NCBI GenBank assembly: GCA_038231135.1
Contig: JBBRLX010000014.1
Span: 28,604 to 92,603, forward strand
Source of the DNA: Candidatus Eiseniibacteriota bacterium
GTDB taxonomy: Bacteria > Eisenbacteria > RBG-16-71-46
DNA: 64,000 nt
Reading direction: 5' to 3'
Shown here: positions 19,654 to 29,700 of the stretch, one piece after another
How positions within the stretch are numbered: position 1 is the stretch's first letter
Layout of the letters: each line of letters starts with the position of its first letter
Translations under genes and position numbers: made by a program
Notes under the pieces: model-generated
The model's input: only the letters and a program-made list of their open reading frames with translations
What the model was told of the DNA's origin: nothing
Databases searched by the model: none

Positions 19654-20504
19654 GCCGCCGGCCACACTTGCACCAGCGTGACGATCAGCGCCGCCGCGAG
19701 CCCGGCATAGCCGAGGCCAATCGCGAGACGCTGGCCAGCCGGAATGTCGTGGTAGCCGGGAACCGGATGGCGCCAGCGCTGCACCAGCGTCCAGGCGCCG
19801 AGCAGCAACGCGAGGAACAGGATCGGCGACGGCCACACGATCAGCGTCGCGATGCCGAGCGCGTAGCCCACGATCCAGTAGCGGCGCGTGAACGCCCCCG
19901 CGATGCGGCCGCCGTCGAGCGGCGGCACCGGGAGCAGGTTGAACAGGTTGAGCACGACGCCCGCGTGCGCGATGCCGAGCAGCATCGGGCGGTGCAGCAG
20001 CATGCCGGCGGCGAGCACGGCCCAGGCGCCGAGCGAGCCCAGCACTGGGCCGCCGATCGCGACGCGCGCCTCCATGGCCGCATCGCGCGGCATGCGGTGC
20101 ATCGTCACGAGCGCACCCACGAACGGTATGAACACCGGCGCCCCGAACGGAATGCCTTCGTGCTTCAGCACGATCGCGTGGCCCAGCTCGTGGACGAAGA
20201 TCAGCAGCACGAACCCCAGTGCGAATGGGAATCCCCACTGGGTGGCATAGAGCCCGATCGACAGCGCCATCGTGACCAGCGTCTTGAGCTTGAGCACGCC
20301 GGCGAGCACGCCGAGGAACTTGAGCTTGGAGGCGAGCATCGCGAGCGCCCCGCCGATGCCGCCGATCGTGGTGTTGCGCACCTTGTGGTGCGGGGCGTCC
20401 GGCACGGGCTCGGGCGGGCCCTGCGGCGGCGGCGGAGTGCGCAGGTTGCGATAAACCGCCTGGAGGTTCTCCACGTGCCGCTGCCGGGGGTCGACACCAC
20501 TCAT
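19650..20504 (-). CDS. Site-2 protease (M50) family membrane metalloprotease
   Basis: HELGH and NLLPVPPLDGG motifs within TM segments; ATGA-coupled start at 20504. Confidence 0.93.
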   Translation of the reverse strand: MSGVDPRQRHVENLQAVYRNLRTPPPPQGPPEPVPDAPHHKVRNTTIGGIGGALAMLASKLKFLGVLAGVLKLKTLVTMALSIGLYATQWGFPFALGFVLLIFVHELGHAIVLKHEGIPFGAPVFIPFVGALVTMHRMPRDAAMEARVAIGGPVLGSLGAWAVLAAGMLLHRPMLLGIAHAGVVLNLFNLLPVPPLDGGRIAGAFTRRYWIVGYALGIATLIVWPSPILFLALLLGAWTLVQRWRHPVPGYHDIPAGQRLAIGLGYAGLAAALIVTLVQVWPAA

Positions 20505-21127
20505 GCCGTGCCGGCGCTCCGGGCGGGGAGCACGAGCGGCCGCGGGATCTTCCAGGCCTCGTAGACGAGGATCGCCCCGAACACCAGGTCCATCAAGCCG
20601 AAATTCGTCGACACGACTCTGAAGAACAGTGCTGCGCTCTGCGGCACCACCGCGACCCGGAACGCGTCGCCCTGGCGGGCGAGCGCCGCGTTGATGAACG
20701 TGCGGTTCACGAGGTAGGTGGCGACGGCGAAGCTCGCGAGCGACACACCGATCGCGAGCGCCTGCAGCCCGGCCGAGCGCTTGCCGCCGGCGAACCGCAC
20801 CGCGCCCTGTCCGACCAGGAACCCGATCGCCACCGCGATGAGCCCGAAGCTGATGTGAGTGAGCACCGTGAAGCCCCACCACAGCAGCGTGCCCGCGACG
20901 CCGCCCAGCACCGCGCCCAGCGTGGCGCGCGGATAGTCGACGTCGGCCGACAGCTCGGCGACCGCATGCTCGACCTCGGCGCGCAACGTGTCGTAGCAGG
21001 CCCGGCAGAACGACCGGTCGCCGGTGTCGACGCGGTCGCCAACCGTGAGCGCACGGTCACAGCGGGCGCACAGCGCGGGCGCGGCGGGTGGGCCCGCCGG
21101 AGCGACGAGCCCGGCGCCCGGAGTCAC
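20501..21127 (-). CDS. Membrane protein with N-terminal CxxC...CxxC zinc finger
   Basis: CARC-x15-CRAC followed by about 4 TM helices; overlaps both neighbours by 4 bp. Confidence 0.8.
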   Translation of the reverse strand: MTPGAGLVAPAGPPAAPALCARCDRALTVGDRVDTGDRSFCRACYDTLRAEVEHAVAELSADVDYPRATLGAVLGGVAGTLLWWGFTVLTHISFGLIAVAIGFLVGQGAVRFAGGKRSAGLQALAIGVSLASFAVATYLVNRTFINAALARQGDAFRVAVVPQSAALFFRVVSTNFGLMDLVFGAILVYEAWKIPRPLVLPARSAGTA

Positions 21128-22095
21128 TTCGTGTCCTTCGCGCCGAGAATGCCCTTGAGGTCCATGATCGTGTTCTGATCGGAGATGATCACCGACACCT
21201 TGTCCGACAGCTTGTCGACGTACAGATACTTGATATAGTTCGGATTCTTCGCCAGCGCCTTGTTGATCACCTCGATCGAGTTCGCGCGGCCCGTGGCCTC
21301 GATCACCTTGCGCTCAGCTTCCTTCTGCTCCTTCTCGAGCGTGTACTTCATCTGCTCGGCGCCCTGCTGGGCGATCTGCTTGGCTTCGATCGCGTTGGCG
21401 AACTGCGGCGTGAACCGCACGTCGCGCAGCACGATCTCGTCGACCATGAACCCGTCCTTCTCGATCAGCGCCTTGATCTTGGTGTTGATCTCGTCCTGGA
21501 TCTGCGCGCGGCGCGACGAGTACACGTCCATGACGGCGTATTCCGAGATCACGAGCCGGATCACCGAGCGCACCGACGGCCGGATGATCTTCTCCTCGTA
21601 GTCGGGGCCGATCTTCTGATGGATCTCGGCGACCCGCAGCGGGTCGACGTGATGCCACACCGTGAGGTCGATGCCCACCTGCAGCCCTTCGCGGGTCGGC
21701 GACCAGATCGAATCGTCGACGTCGGCCTTGCGGCCCTCCCCCGTGACGCCCGACATCGTGTACTCGAGGCGGCGCAGGTCGTAGAGCTGGGTCGAGCAGA
21801 TGAACGGCGGGACGAACGTCACGCCCTGGCGTGCGGTGCGGAATCCGCGCGTGACGGTGTTGAAGATCACGAGAGCGTGCCCGACCGGCACGACGCGCAC
21901 CGACGCGAGCAGCCCCAGGCTGAGCACCAGCAGCGGGACGACGAACATCGCGGTGCGCGCCGCGTGGTTGCCGAAGTCCGCCGTCAGGATCCGGCCCTCG
22001 GCATCGTGAACGCGCGCGCCCTGGCGCCGCCCGATTGCGCGCCAGACCGAATAGCCACCGATCAACAGCACGACGAGCAGCAGCAAACCAGGCAT
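21124..22095 (-). CDS. SPFH/prohibitin (band 7) family protein
   Basis: TM anchors, VVPVGH, IIRPSVRSVIR, IVLRDVRF, AIEAKQIAQQ coiled coil; RBS GAGGAGG. Confidence 0.93.
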   Translation of the reverse strand: MPGLLLLVVLLIGGYSVWRAIGRRQGARVHDAEGRILTADFGNHAARTAMFVVPLLVLSLGLLASVRVVPVGHALVIFNTVTRGFRTARQGVTFVPPFICSTQLYDLRRLEYTMSGVTGEGRKADVDDSIWSPTREGLQVGIDLTVWHHVDPLRVAEIHQKIGPDYEEKIIRPSVRSVIRLVISEYAVMDVYSSRRAQIQDEINTKIKALIEKDGFMVDEIVLRDVRFTPQFANAIEAKQIAQQGAEQMKYTLEKEQKEAERKVIEATGRANSIEVINKALAKNPNYIKYLYVDKLSDKVSVIISDQNTIMDLKGILGAKDTK

Positions 22096-22184
22096 GGAAT
22101 GCCTCCTCGAAGACCGACTCTAGCACAGCGGCGGAGGGCGTTTGGGATCCGGCCGCCGGACACGTTCGCCGGCGATGGCACCCC

Positions 22185-22733
22185 TCAGCGCGTATCCCGG
22201 CGCTCCGCCAGCGCTTTTTCGAATCGCACCAACCGATCTTCCGCACCCCCGGCGATGCTCCAGTCCCGTACGCGGGCGATGGAGACCCGGTGACGGGATG
22301 CGATCTCCACGGCGGCTCGCAGACTCTGCAAATCGCTCCAGTGATAGTAGGCCGCCAGGCGGTCGCGACAGGAGTCGGTTGCGGACAACATGGTCACGGT
22401 GGCTTCGCCCTTCCGCCGCACGACGGGTCGAATGTCCAGATCTTCCCCGATCGCGAGCGGTCCCCGCGGGAATTCGACGAAGAACGGTGCCGACGGGTGA
22501 ACGTAGCGGTCCCGATCCCGGGCGAATTCGATGTCGCTCAGCGCCTGGTCGAGGAGGGCCTGCGTGGTCTGTGCGGACAGGATGAAATCGAGGTCCATCG
22601 ATGCATACGCGCCATCGGAATAAATACTGGCGCATGCGCCACCCGTCAGGACAGCATGAATCCGCCGGTCTCTGAGCGCGCCACCGACGGCGAACGCCAC
22701 GTCGCTCAGCCCCGATTTGCGGCCCAGTCTCAC
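22185..22733 (-). CDS. Pol-beta-superfamily nucleotidyltransferase (AbiEii/DUF6036-like)
   Basis: AVLTGGACASIYS..Y.SMDLDF, i.e. a GG...DxD motif; coupled to the HTH gene. Confidence 0.75.
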   Translation of the reverse strand: MRLGRKSGLSDVAFAVGGALRDRRIHAVLTGGACASIYSDGAYASMDLDFILSAQTTQALLDQALSDIEFARDRDRYVHPSAPFFVEFPRGPLAIGEDLDIRPVVRRKGEATVTMLSATDSCRDRLAAYYHWSDLQSLRAAVEIASRHRVSIARVRDWSIAGGAEDRLVRFEKALAERRDTR

Positions 22734-23068
22734 AGGGGTTTGCCGCTCCGCCGCGGACGCCGCCGCAGAGACTCAACCCTGTCGGTCAGCCAGCTCTCCG
22801 CCTCGGCAAGCCGCGTCACGAATGGCAACAGCTCCCGGCGGGCGAAGTAACCGGGGTTGATCTCGAATACCCGCGTTCGTCCCCGGCTGCGCGCGGTCAC
22901 GAGTCCATCGCGTTCCAGGCTCTTGAGCGCGGACTGAATCGAAGACAGTGGCGCATCGAGGACGCGGGCGAGTTCGCGTGCATGGCTCTGCCCTAGAAGA
23001 CTCAGAGCGAGAATGGAGCGTGTCCGCGCGGAACTGCCGAACGGACTGGAATTACCAATGACCGTCAT
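22730..23068 (-). CDS. Winged-HTH protein (putative antitoxin/autoregulator)
   Basis: SHARELARVLDAPLSSIQSALKSLERDGLV..RSRGRTRVFEIN. Confidence 0.8.
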   Translation of the reverse strand: MTVIGNSSPFGSSARTRSILALSLLGQSHARELARVLDAPLSSIQSALKSLERDGLVTARSRGRTRVFEINPGYFARRELLPFVTRLAEAESWLTDRVESLRRRPRRSGKPL

Positions 23069-23099
23069 ATCGAATCATATGACCATATATTGCGGTCAT
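23058..23099. promoter_or_regulatory. Putative autoregulatory operator of the HTH-NTase operon
   Basis: ATGACCGTCAT palindrome (23058-23068, covering the start codon) and ATGACC-N9-GGTCAT (23079-23099) in an AT-rich patch. Confidence 0.6.
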
Positions 23100-23144
23100 C
23101 CGCAAGCGCCGAATCCGCCGGGCCGCCCCCGACTTCGCTCGCCG

Positions 23145-23951
23145 TCACCGCGTCAGCAGCCCCGCGTCGATCACGAACTGCGAACCCGTCACGAACCGGG
23201 CGCGCGGCGACACCAGCCACAGCACCGCCTCGGCGACGTCCTCGGGCTCGATCCACGGCACCGGCAGCAGGTTCCCGGCCGAGCGCTCGGCGATCTCGCG
23301 CGGCGTCGACCCCTCCATGGCGGCGAGGCCGTCGTTCATCGGTGTGTTCACGCCGGTCGGGTGGATCGACACCACGCGGATGCCGTGCGGGGCGAGCTCG
23401 ATCGCCCACGACTTGGTGAGGCCGACCAGTCCCCACTTGCTCGCGGCGTAGTGGCTCAGGCGGTTCATGCCGCGCAGGCCCGCGACCGAGGAATTGTTCA
23501 CGATCACGCCCGCGCTGCGCCGCATCATGTGCGGGATCACGTGGCGCCCGACGTTCCACGCCCCCTTGAGATTGATGTCGATCATGGCGTCCCATTCGTC
23601 CTCGGTCATCTCGTGGGCGTTGGCGTAGGCGCAGATGCCGGCGTTGTTGAACAGCACGTCGATGCGCCCGAACCGCCCGGCGGCGTCGGCGACGGCCGCC
23701 GCGACTGCGGCGCTGTCGCGCACGTCGGCGGCGTAGGTGCGCGCCTCGACGCCCAGCGCGCGGGCTTCGGCGGCGAGCGACTCGAGCTCGGCACCGGTGC
23801 CCATGCCGTAGGCGGGGTAGGGGAGCGGCTTCGCGATGTCGAGTGCTGCGACGTGCATGCCGGCGCGCGCGAACGCCAGCGCGGTGGCGCGGCCCTGTCC
23901 ATGCGCGGCACCGGTGACGAACGCGACCTGGCCCTGCAGCTCCTGCGGCAT
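23145..23951 (-). CDS. SDR oxidoreductase, mycofactocin-dependent-like subfamily
   Basis: TGAAHGQG, DIAKPLPYPAYGMGTGAEL insertion, NNAGI, YAASK, IHPTGVNTPM, WIEPEDVAEAV. Confidence 0.88.
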   Translation of the reverse strand: MPQELQGQVAFVTGAAHGQGRATALAFARAGMHVAALDIAKPLPYPAYGMGTGAELESLAAEARALGVEARTYAADVRDSAAVAAAVADAAGRFGRIDVLFNNAGICAYANAHEMTEDEWDAMIDINLKGAWNVGRHVIPHMMRRSAGVIVNNSSVAGLRGMNRLSHYAASKWGLVGLTKSWAIELAPHGIRVVSIHPTGVNTPMNDGLAAMEGSTPREIAERSAGNLLPVPWIEPEDVAEAVLWLVSPRARFVTGSQFVIDAGLLTR

Positions 23952-23962
23952 CGTGGCTCCGA

Positions 23963-24496
23963 TCACTGGACGGCGCCGGGGCGCCGGTAGGGTTCGAGGT
24001 AGTCGTCGAGATCGACGCGCAGCGCGTTGTTGACGACATTGGTCGCGATCATCATCCCGCCGAACGCGGTGAGCGCCACCATCTGTGCGGGCGTGAGGTG
24101 GCGGGCTGCGGCATCGTACACGGGCTGCGGCACGTGACTGTGATCCCGGGTGAGCGCCACGCCGTAGTCGATGATCGCCTGGTCCCGGTCGTCGAGACGC
24201 AGCGCTTCCAGGTCCTCGCCGGCGTCGATGAGGATCCGGCGGAAGAACGTGGAGCAGATCAGGCAGCCGGTCTCGGACGACACGGCGTGGGCGTACAGGG
24301 TGGTGAGCCGGTCGCCGAGGAACGTCGTGACTTCGTCGCGCAGCGGGTACCAGGTCATGAGCGCCACGAGCCCGGCCGGCGAATGCGCGAGCGTGCGCTT
24401 CATCTGGGTCACGCGTCCGTGCGCCAGGAGCTGCCGGTCGAGTTCCTGCTGCGCCGCGGGTGCCAAGGGCGGCTCGGCGGGGGGGACGCGTGCCAT
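23963..24496 (-). CDS. AhpD/carboxymuconolactone decarboxylase-like protein
   Basis: TLAHSPAG, AVS..TGCLIC (CxxC), all-helical pattern. Confidence 0.75.
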   Translation of the reverse strand: MARVPPAEPPLAPAAQQELDRQLLAHGRVTQMKRTLAHSPAGLVALMTWYPLRDEVTTFLGDRLTTLYAHAVSSETGCLICSTFFRRILIDAGEDLEALRLDDRDQAIIDYGVALTRDHSHVPQPVYDAAARHLTPAQMVALTAFGGMMIATNVVNNALRVDLDDYLEPYRRPGAVQ

Positions 24497-24643
24497 GTCG
24501 TTGCCTTTCGAATCGGATGCGGTGGTCCGGCCGGCGGAACGATTCCGGGCGGCCGAATGACCGATGGTAGCCCGCAGCGTGTCGCGCCGGAAATGGGCTA
24601 GACTGGCGCCCGCTCGAACCCGTCGTCACTCCGGAGGACCGCC

Positions 24644-26599
24644 GTGCCCGATCTCTATCCCGTTCTGCCGCACATCCGCGAGCGCGCGTACATCTCGTCC
24701 ATGGAGCAGTATCAGCGGCTGTATCAGCGGTCGCTCGAGGATCCCGCCGGGTTCTGGGCCGAGCAGGCGGAGACGATCAGCTGGTTCCATCCGTGGACCA
24801 CGGTGCTCGATGCGGACTACGAGGAGGTGGACTTCGCCTGGTACTCGGGCGGCCGGCTGAACGCCTGCTACAACTGCGTGGACCGGCACCTGGAATCGCA
24901 CGGCGATCGGACCGCGATCATCTGGGCGGCGGACGAGCCCGGCACCTACGTGCGCATCAGCTACCGCGACCTCAAACATCACGTGTGCCGGGTCGCGAAC
25001 GTGCTGCTGTCGCGCGGGGTGAAGAAGGGCGACCGCGTGTGCATCTACATGCCGATGATCCCCGAGACCGTGTACGCGATGCTGGCGTGTGCGCGCATCG
25101 GCGCGGTGCACTCGGTGGTGTTCGGCGGATTCAGCGCGGAGTCACTGCGCGACCGTATCCTCGACGCCGGCTGCAAGCTGGTGTTCACCGCCAACGAGGG
25201 CATGCGCGGCGGCAAGCGCATCCCGCTCAAGGCGATCACGGACCACGCGATCGAGGGACTGTCGATGGTCGAGACCGTGCTCGTGGCGCGCCGCACCGAC
25301 ACCGAGGTGCCGATGCGCCAGGGGCGCGACCTGTGGCTCGACGACGAGATGCGGCGCCAGCGCTCGACCTGCACGGTGGAATGGATGGGCGCCGAGGACC
25401 CACTGTACATCCTCTACACCTCGGGCAGCACCGGCAAGCCCAAGGGCCTGCTGCACACCACCGGCGGCTACATGGTGTACGCGGCGATGACGCACAAGCT
25501 GGTGTTCGACTATCACCCGGGCGACGTCTACTGCTGCGCCGCGGACGTGGGCTGGGTGACGGGGCACAGCTATATCGTCTACGGCCCGCTCGCGAACGGC
25601 GCGACGACGGTGATGTTCGAATCGATCCCGACCTACCCCGATCCCGGGCGGTACTGGCAGCTGGTCGACGATCTCGGCATCAACATCTTCTATACCGCGC
25701 CCACCGCACTGCGCGCGATTGCCCAGGCCGGCGACGGCTTCGTGACGAAACACTCGCGCAAGACGCTGCGCATCCTGGGTTCGGTCGGCGAGCCGATCAA
25801 TCCCGAGATCTGGCGCTGGTATCACGACGTCGTCGGGGGCGGGCGGTGCGCCGTGGTCGACACCTGGTGGCAGACGGAGACCGGCGGCATCCTGATCACG
25901 CCGCTGCCGGGCGCGACCCCGACCAAGCCGGGCTCGGCGACGCTGCCGTTCTTCGGCGTGAAGCCGGTGGTGGTCGACGCCGAGAAGGGCACCGAGCTCG
26001 AGGGCAACGGCGTGTCGGGCGCACTGTGCCTCACGACGCCGTGGCCGGGACAGGCGCGCACGGTGTGGGGTGACCACCAGCGCTTCAAGGACACGTATTT
26101 CGCGCAGTACCACGGCCGCTACTTCACCGGCGACGGCTGCACGCGCGACGCCGACGGCTACTACTGGATCACCGGGCGCATCGACGACGTGCTGAACGTG
26201 TCGGGCCACCGGCTCGGCACCGCCGAGGTCGAGAGCGCGCTGGTGGCGCACGAGATCGTCGCGGAGGCCGCGGTCGTGGGATTCCCGCACGACATCAAGG
26301 GCACGGGCATCTACGCCTACGTCGTGCTCGGCAGCGAGCACGCGAACGCCGAGCCGCGCGATGTCGAGGGCGCGCTGAAGGAGCAGGTGCGGCAGGCGAT
26401 CGGCGGGTTCGCGGCGCCCGACGTGATCCACGTCGCGATCGGCCTGCCGAAGACCCGGAGCGGCAAGATCATGCGGCGCATCCTGCGCAAGATCGCGGCC
26501 GGCGAGTACACGGGGCTCGGCGACGTGACCACGCTCGCGGACCCCGACGTGGTCGAACGGCTGGTCGCGGAGCATCGCGAGCGCACGGAGCGTCGCTGA
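24644..26599 (+). CDS. acs: Acetyl-CoA synthetase
   Basis: [60 protein letters not shown]. Confidence 0.97.
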   Translation: MPDLYPVLPHIRERAYISSMEQYQRLYQRSLEDPAGFWAEQAETISWFHPWTTVLDADYEEVDFAWYSGGRLNACYNCVDRHLESHGDRTAIIWAADEPGTYVRISYRDLKHHVCRVANVLLSRGVKKGDRVCIYMPMIPETVYAMLACARIGAVHSVVFGGFSAESLRDRILDAGCKLVFTANEGMRGGKRIPLKAITDHAIEGLSMVETVLVARRTDTEVPMRQGRDLWLDDEMRRQRSTCTVEWMGAEDPLYILYTSGSTGKPKGLLHTTGGYMVYAAMTHKLVFDYHPGDVYCCAADVGWVTGHSYIVYGPLANGATTVMFESIPTYPDPGRYWQLVDDLGINIFYTAPTALRAIAQAGDGFVTKHSRKTLRILGSVGEPINPEIWRWYHDVVGGGRCAVVDTWWQTETGGILITPLPGATPTKPGSATLPFFGVKPVVVDAEKGTELEGNGVSGALCLTTPWPGQARTVWGDHQRFKDTYFAQYHGRYFTGDGCTRDADGYYWITGRIDDVLNVSGHRLGTAEVESALVAHEIVAEAAVVGFPHDIKGTGIYAYVVLGSEHANAEPRDVEGALKEQVRQAIGGFAAPDVIHVAIGLPKTRSGKIMRRILRKIAAGEYTGLGDVTTLADPDVVERLVAEHRERTERR

Positions 26600-26660
26600 C
26601 GCAGAAGCCGGTGACGCCGAACGTGAACGCGCTGCTGCGTGACGGCACGCCGTCGCCGCG

Positions 26661-26693
26661 GTGATCGGGGACTCGCTGGGAGTCCTCGATCAC
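26661..26693. terminator. Stem-loop between convergent genes
   Basis: GTGATCGGGGACTC-gctgg-GAGTCCTCGATCAC, a 14-bp stem with one G-U pair. Confidence 0.55.
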
Positions 26694-26701
26694 GCTCCGA
26701 T

Positions 26702-26731
26702 GCCAACGCAGTAATCGGGTCGTTTCAGCAG
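26702..26731 (-). repeat. Degenerate partial copy of the 37990-38112 element
   Basis: 26/30 nt identical to the reverse complement of 37996-38025; lies just after the TAG stop of the beta-helix gene. Confidence 0.65.
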
Positions 26732-26738
26732 CCTGCGG

Positions 26739-29700
26739 CTATAGCTTCACGAAGCGCCGGGTGAAGCGGGCATCGCCGACCCGCACCTGCACCACGTAGA
26801 GCCCGGGCGCCAACGCGCCGCGCGGCGACCGCGGCTGCCAGGTCTGGCGGATGCGCCCTGCCGCACGCCACTCGTCGAGGCTCCATACCCGCCGGCCGTC
26901 GACGCCGAAGACTTCCCACGTCACGCGGGCTGCGCGCGGCAGGGCGAGGGCGAACGTCACGCCGGCCCGCATCGGATCGGGATAGGGGTTCGAGAGCGCG
27001 AGCACGCCGGGAATCGGGTCCCCGGGCGTGGCCGTCGTCGCGGCCGCCGACCCGCCCGCGACGACGGCGAGCGCGCGTGTCGCCAGCGCCGCCGGCCGCA
27101 CCCGCACCGCGGTGGCGGCCGGCGCCGACAGCGCATTCCATGCCGTGAACGCCACCCGGTAGACGCTGTCGCGCACGGCACTGCTGTCGGGAGTCCAGAA
27201 CCACGTGGCGCTGGTGTGGTCGGGACTCACCACGAACCGGATCGTGGTGTCGGGCGGCACGCTGGACGCGTCGACCGTCAGCGAGTCGATGGCGTCGCCA
27301 TCGGGGTCGGTCACGCTCACCGCCACCTGAACCGTCTGACCGGCGTTCACGGTCACTGAGTCGGGCACGGACACCACCGGCGGGAGATCGGTATTCGCCA
27401 CCGTGATCGTCGTCGAAGTCGACGACTGGAGCGCGTTGCTGGCGGTGAACGTGACGACGTAGGAGCGGGGACCATCGTGGAACCCCGGCGTCCATTCGAA
27501 TGTGTAGATCAGGGGCGGCTGCTCGCCGGAATCGGGTCCGGGAGCATCGCCGGGCCCTTCCTGCCGCGGGCCGGTGGCGCTGGAGCCCGCCGCCGGCGTG
27601 CCGTGCGCGACCACGTGGCCGCCCGCCGGCGCGGACAGGGTTGCGTTGCCTGAGGTTTCGGCACCGCGGGCGGGAATGGCAACCCGGGCCGTGGCGCCGC
27701 CATGCACCGGCGTCGCCACCGTGCCGCCCGGGCCGGACCCGTCGCCGGGAGTGAATCGCGCGTTGTTCGACGGCGGCAGCGCGGAGAAATCGGCGACCAG
27801 CGATGGGATCGCGTCCCCGTCCGGATCGGTCGCGGTGACGTGGATGCGCGCGAGGGAGCCTTCGCTGCCGGCGACGACCTGCGGCGCGCTCACCACCGGC
27901 GGCCGATCGACGTTCGCGACCTGGATCTCGGCCCTCCCCTGACCGGTCGCGGCGTTCGACGCCTGGAACACGACGGTGTACGGCATGCCGCGCGCATCGT
28001 CCCAGCCGGGCGTCCACGTGAACGTGCCGGCCGTGTGGTCCGCGTTCACGACGAATGTGGCGTCGTTGCCCGCCGGCAGCCCGGACGGACCGGTGGTGAG
28101 CGCGTCGATCGGGTCGCCGTCGGGGTCCACGGCGGTGACGTTCACCGTCACCGTGCCGCGTTCGTTCGCCTGCACGGTCGCGGGCACCGTCACCCGCGGG
28201 GCGCGGTCGGTGTTCGCGATCGTGACCGCGCACGGGGCCGAGCCGCTGAGTGCGTTCACGGCCCGGAACACGATCACGTAGGGAGCGGGGCGCGCGTCCG
28301 TGTACGACGGCGTCCAGGTCAGCGTGCCCGCGGTATGGCCGGCATTCACCGTGAACCGCGCGCCGCTGCCCGCGGGCAGCGCGGACACGTCCGCGGTCAA
28401 GGAATCGATGGGATCGCTGTCGGGGTCCATGGCCGCAACCTGGACCATGACCACGCGGCCTTCGGCGCCCGCGACCGCGGGCGCGACCGTGACGCGCGGC
28501 GGCCGCCCCACGTGGATCGTCCGGTTGATCGAAGCCGTGAGCGCGTTCGAGGCCGTCAACGACACCTCGAACGGTCCCGCATCATCGCCCAGCCCGGGCG
28601 TCCAGGTCAGCGTTCCCGACGTGCCGGATGGGTTGCTCGTGAACACGGCTCCATCCGCGGGCGGGAGGTCCGACAGATCGGCGGTCAGCGAGTCGATGGC
28701 ATCGCCGTCCGGGTCGGAAGCCGTGACGGTGAGCACGAACGCCTGGCCGGAGGTCGCGAACAGATTCGTCGCTGCCGACAGGAGCGGGGCGCGGTCCGGC
28801 GCCGCCACGGCCACCGGCGCCGTCGCGGTGGACGTGAGGCCGCCGGAATCGGCCACGGTCACCTGGGCCGTCCAATTGCCCGCGGCGTAGGAGTGGTTTG
28901 CGAGCGGCGAGGCCTGCGGGCCGATCACGGTGCCGTCGCCGAAGTCGAACCGGTAGGTCGCGATCGCATGTTCGGGATCGGTCGAAGCGGACGCGTTCGC
29001 GGTCACCGCGAGCGGCGCCGCTCCCGAGGCGGGCGTGATCGTCAGTGCGGCCACCGGCGGCAGGTTCGGCACGATGTACTCCAGCGCGCCGCGGTCCGCA
29101 AACGGCACCGGACCCGAGCCGGTGTTGGGGGTGCCGGGGTCGTCGGCCCGCGCCTGGCCCTCGGCGTCCGTCGCCGGCCAGTTGGCGACCGACGTGATCG
29201 CGGCGTCGATGGCGGGCGATCCCGCCAGCAGGTGGAGATCCCCCGCGGCGGGATTCACGAACCGTGGATTGGACTGCACGCTATGGGCATCCTGCCCGCT
29301 GACCACCGAATAGGCCGCCACGGTTGGGTAGAGCGTAGCGATGTACTTCACAGGCGCCTGCGCTGTGGAATTCCAGAACATGTTGTAGTCCGACACGAAT
29401 CCCGGCGTCGAGCTGGCGTCGACCCACAGGTCGAATTCGTTGGTGGTGAGCCCGTTGTCAGAGGCGATGCAGTCGTAGAGCTGGTTGGCGGGAGAGATGC
29501 CCTCGATCGAGAACCCATCCTTGAAGTTGCCCCACGCGACATCGCCGATGTGCACGTTGCCGGTCACCATCAGGTGGTCGTAGCCGTGGTCGCCATTCTT
29601 CCACGAGCGATTCTGGATACAGGTGTTGCTGTCCGAATGCGCGTTGATCTGCAGCCCCGAGTCCTGGTTGTCGTGCAGCAGGTTGCCTTCCACCCAATTG

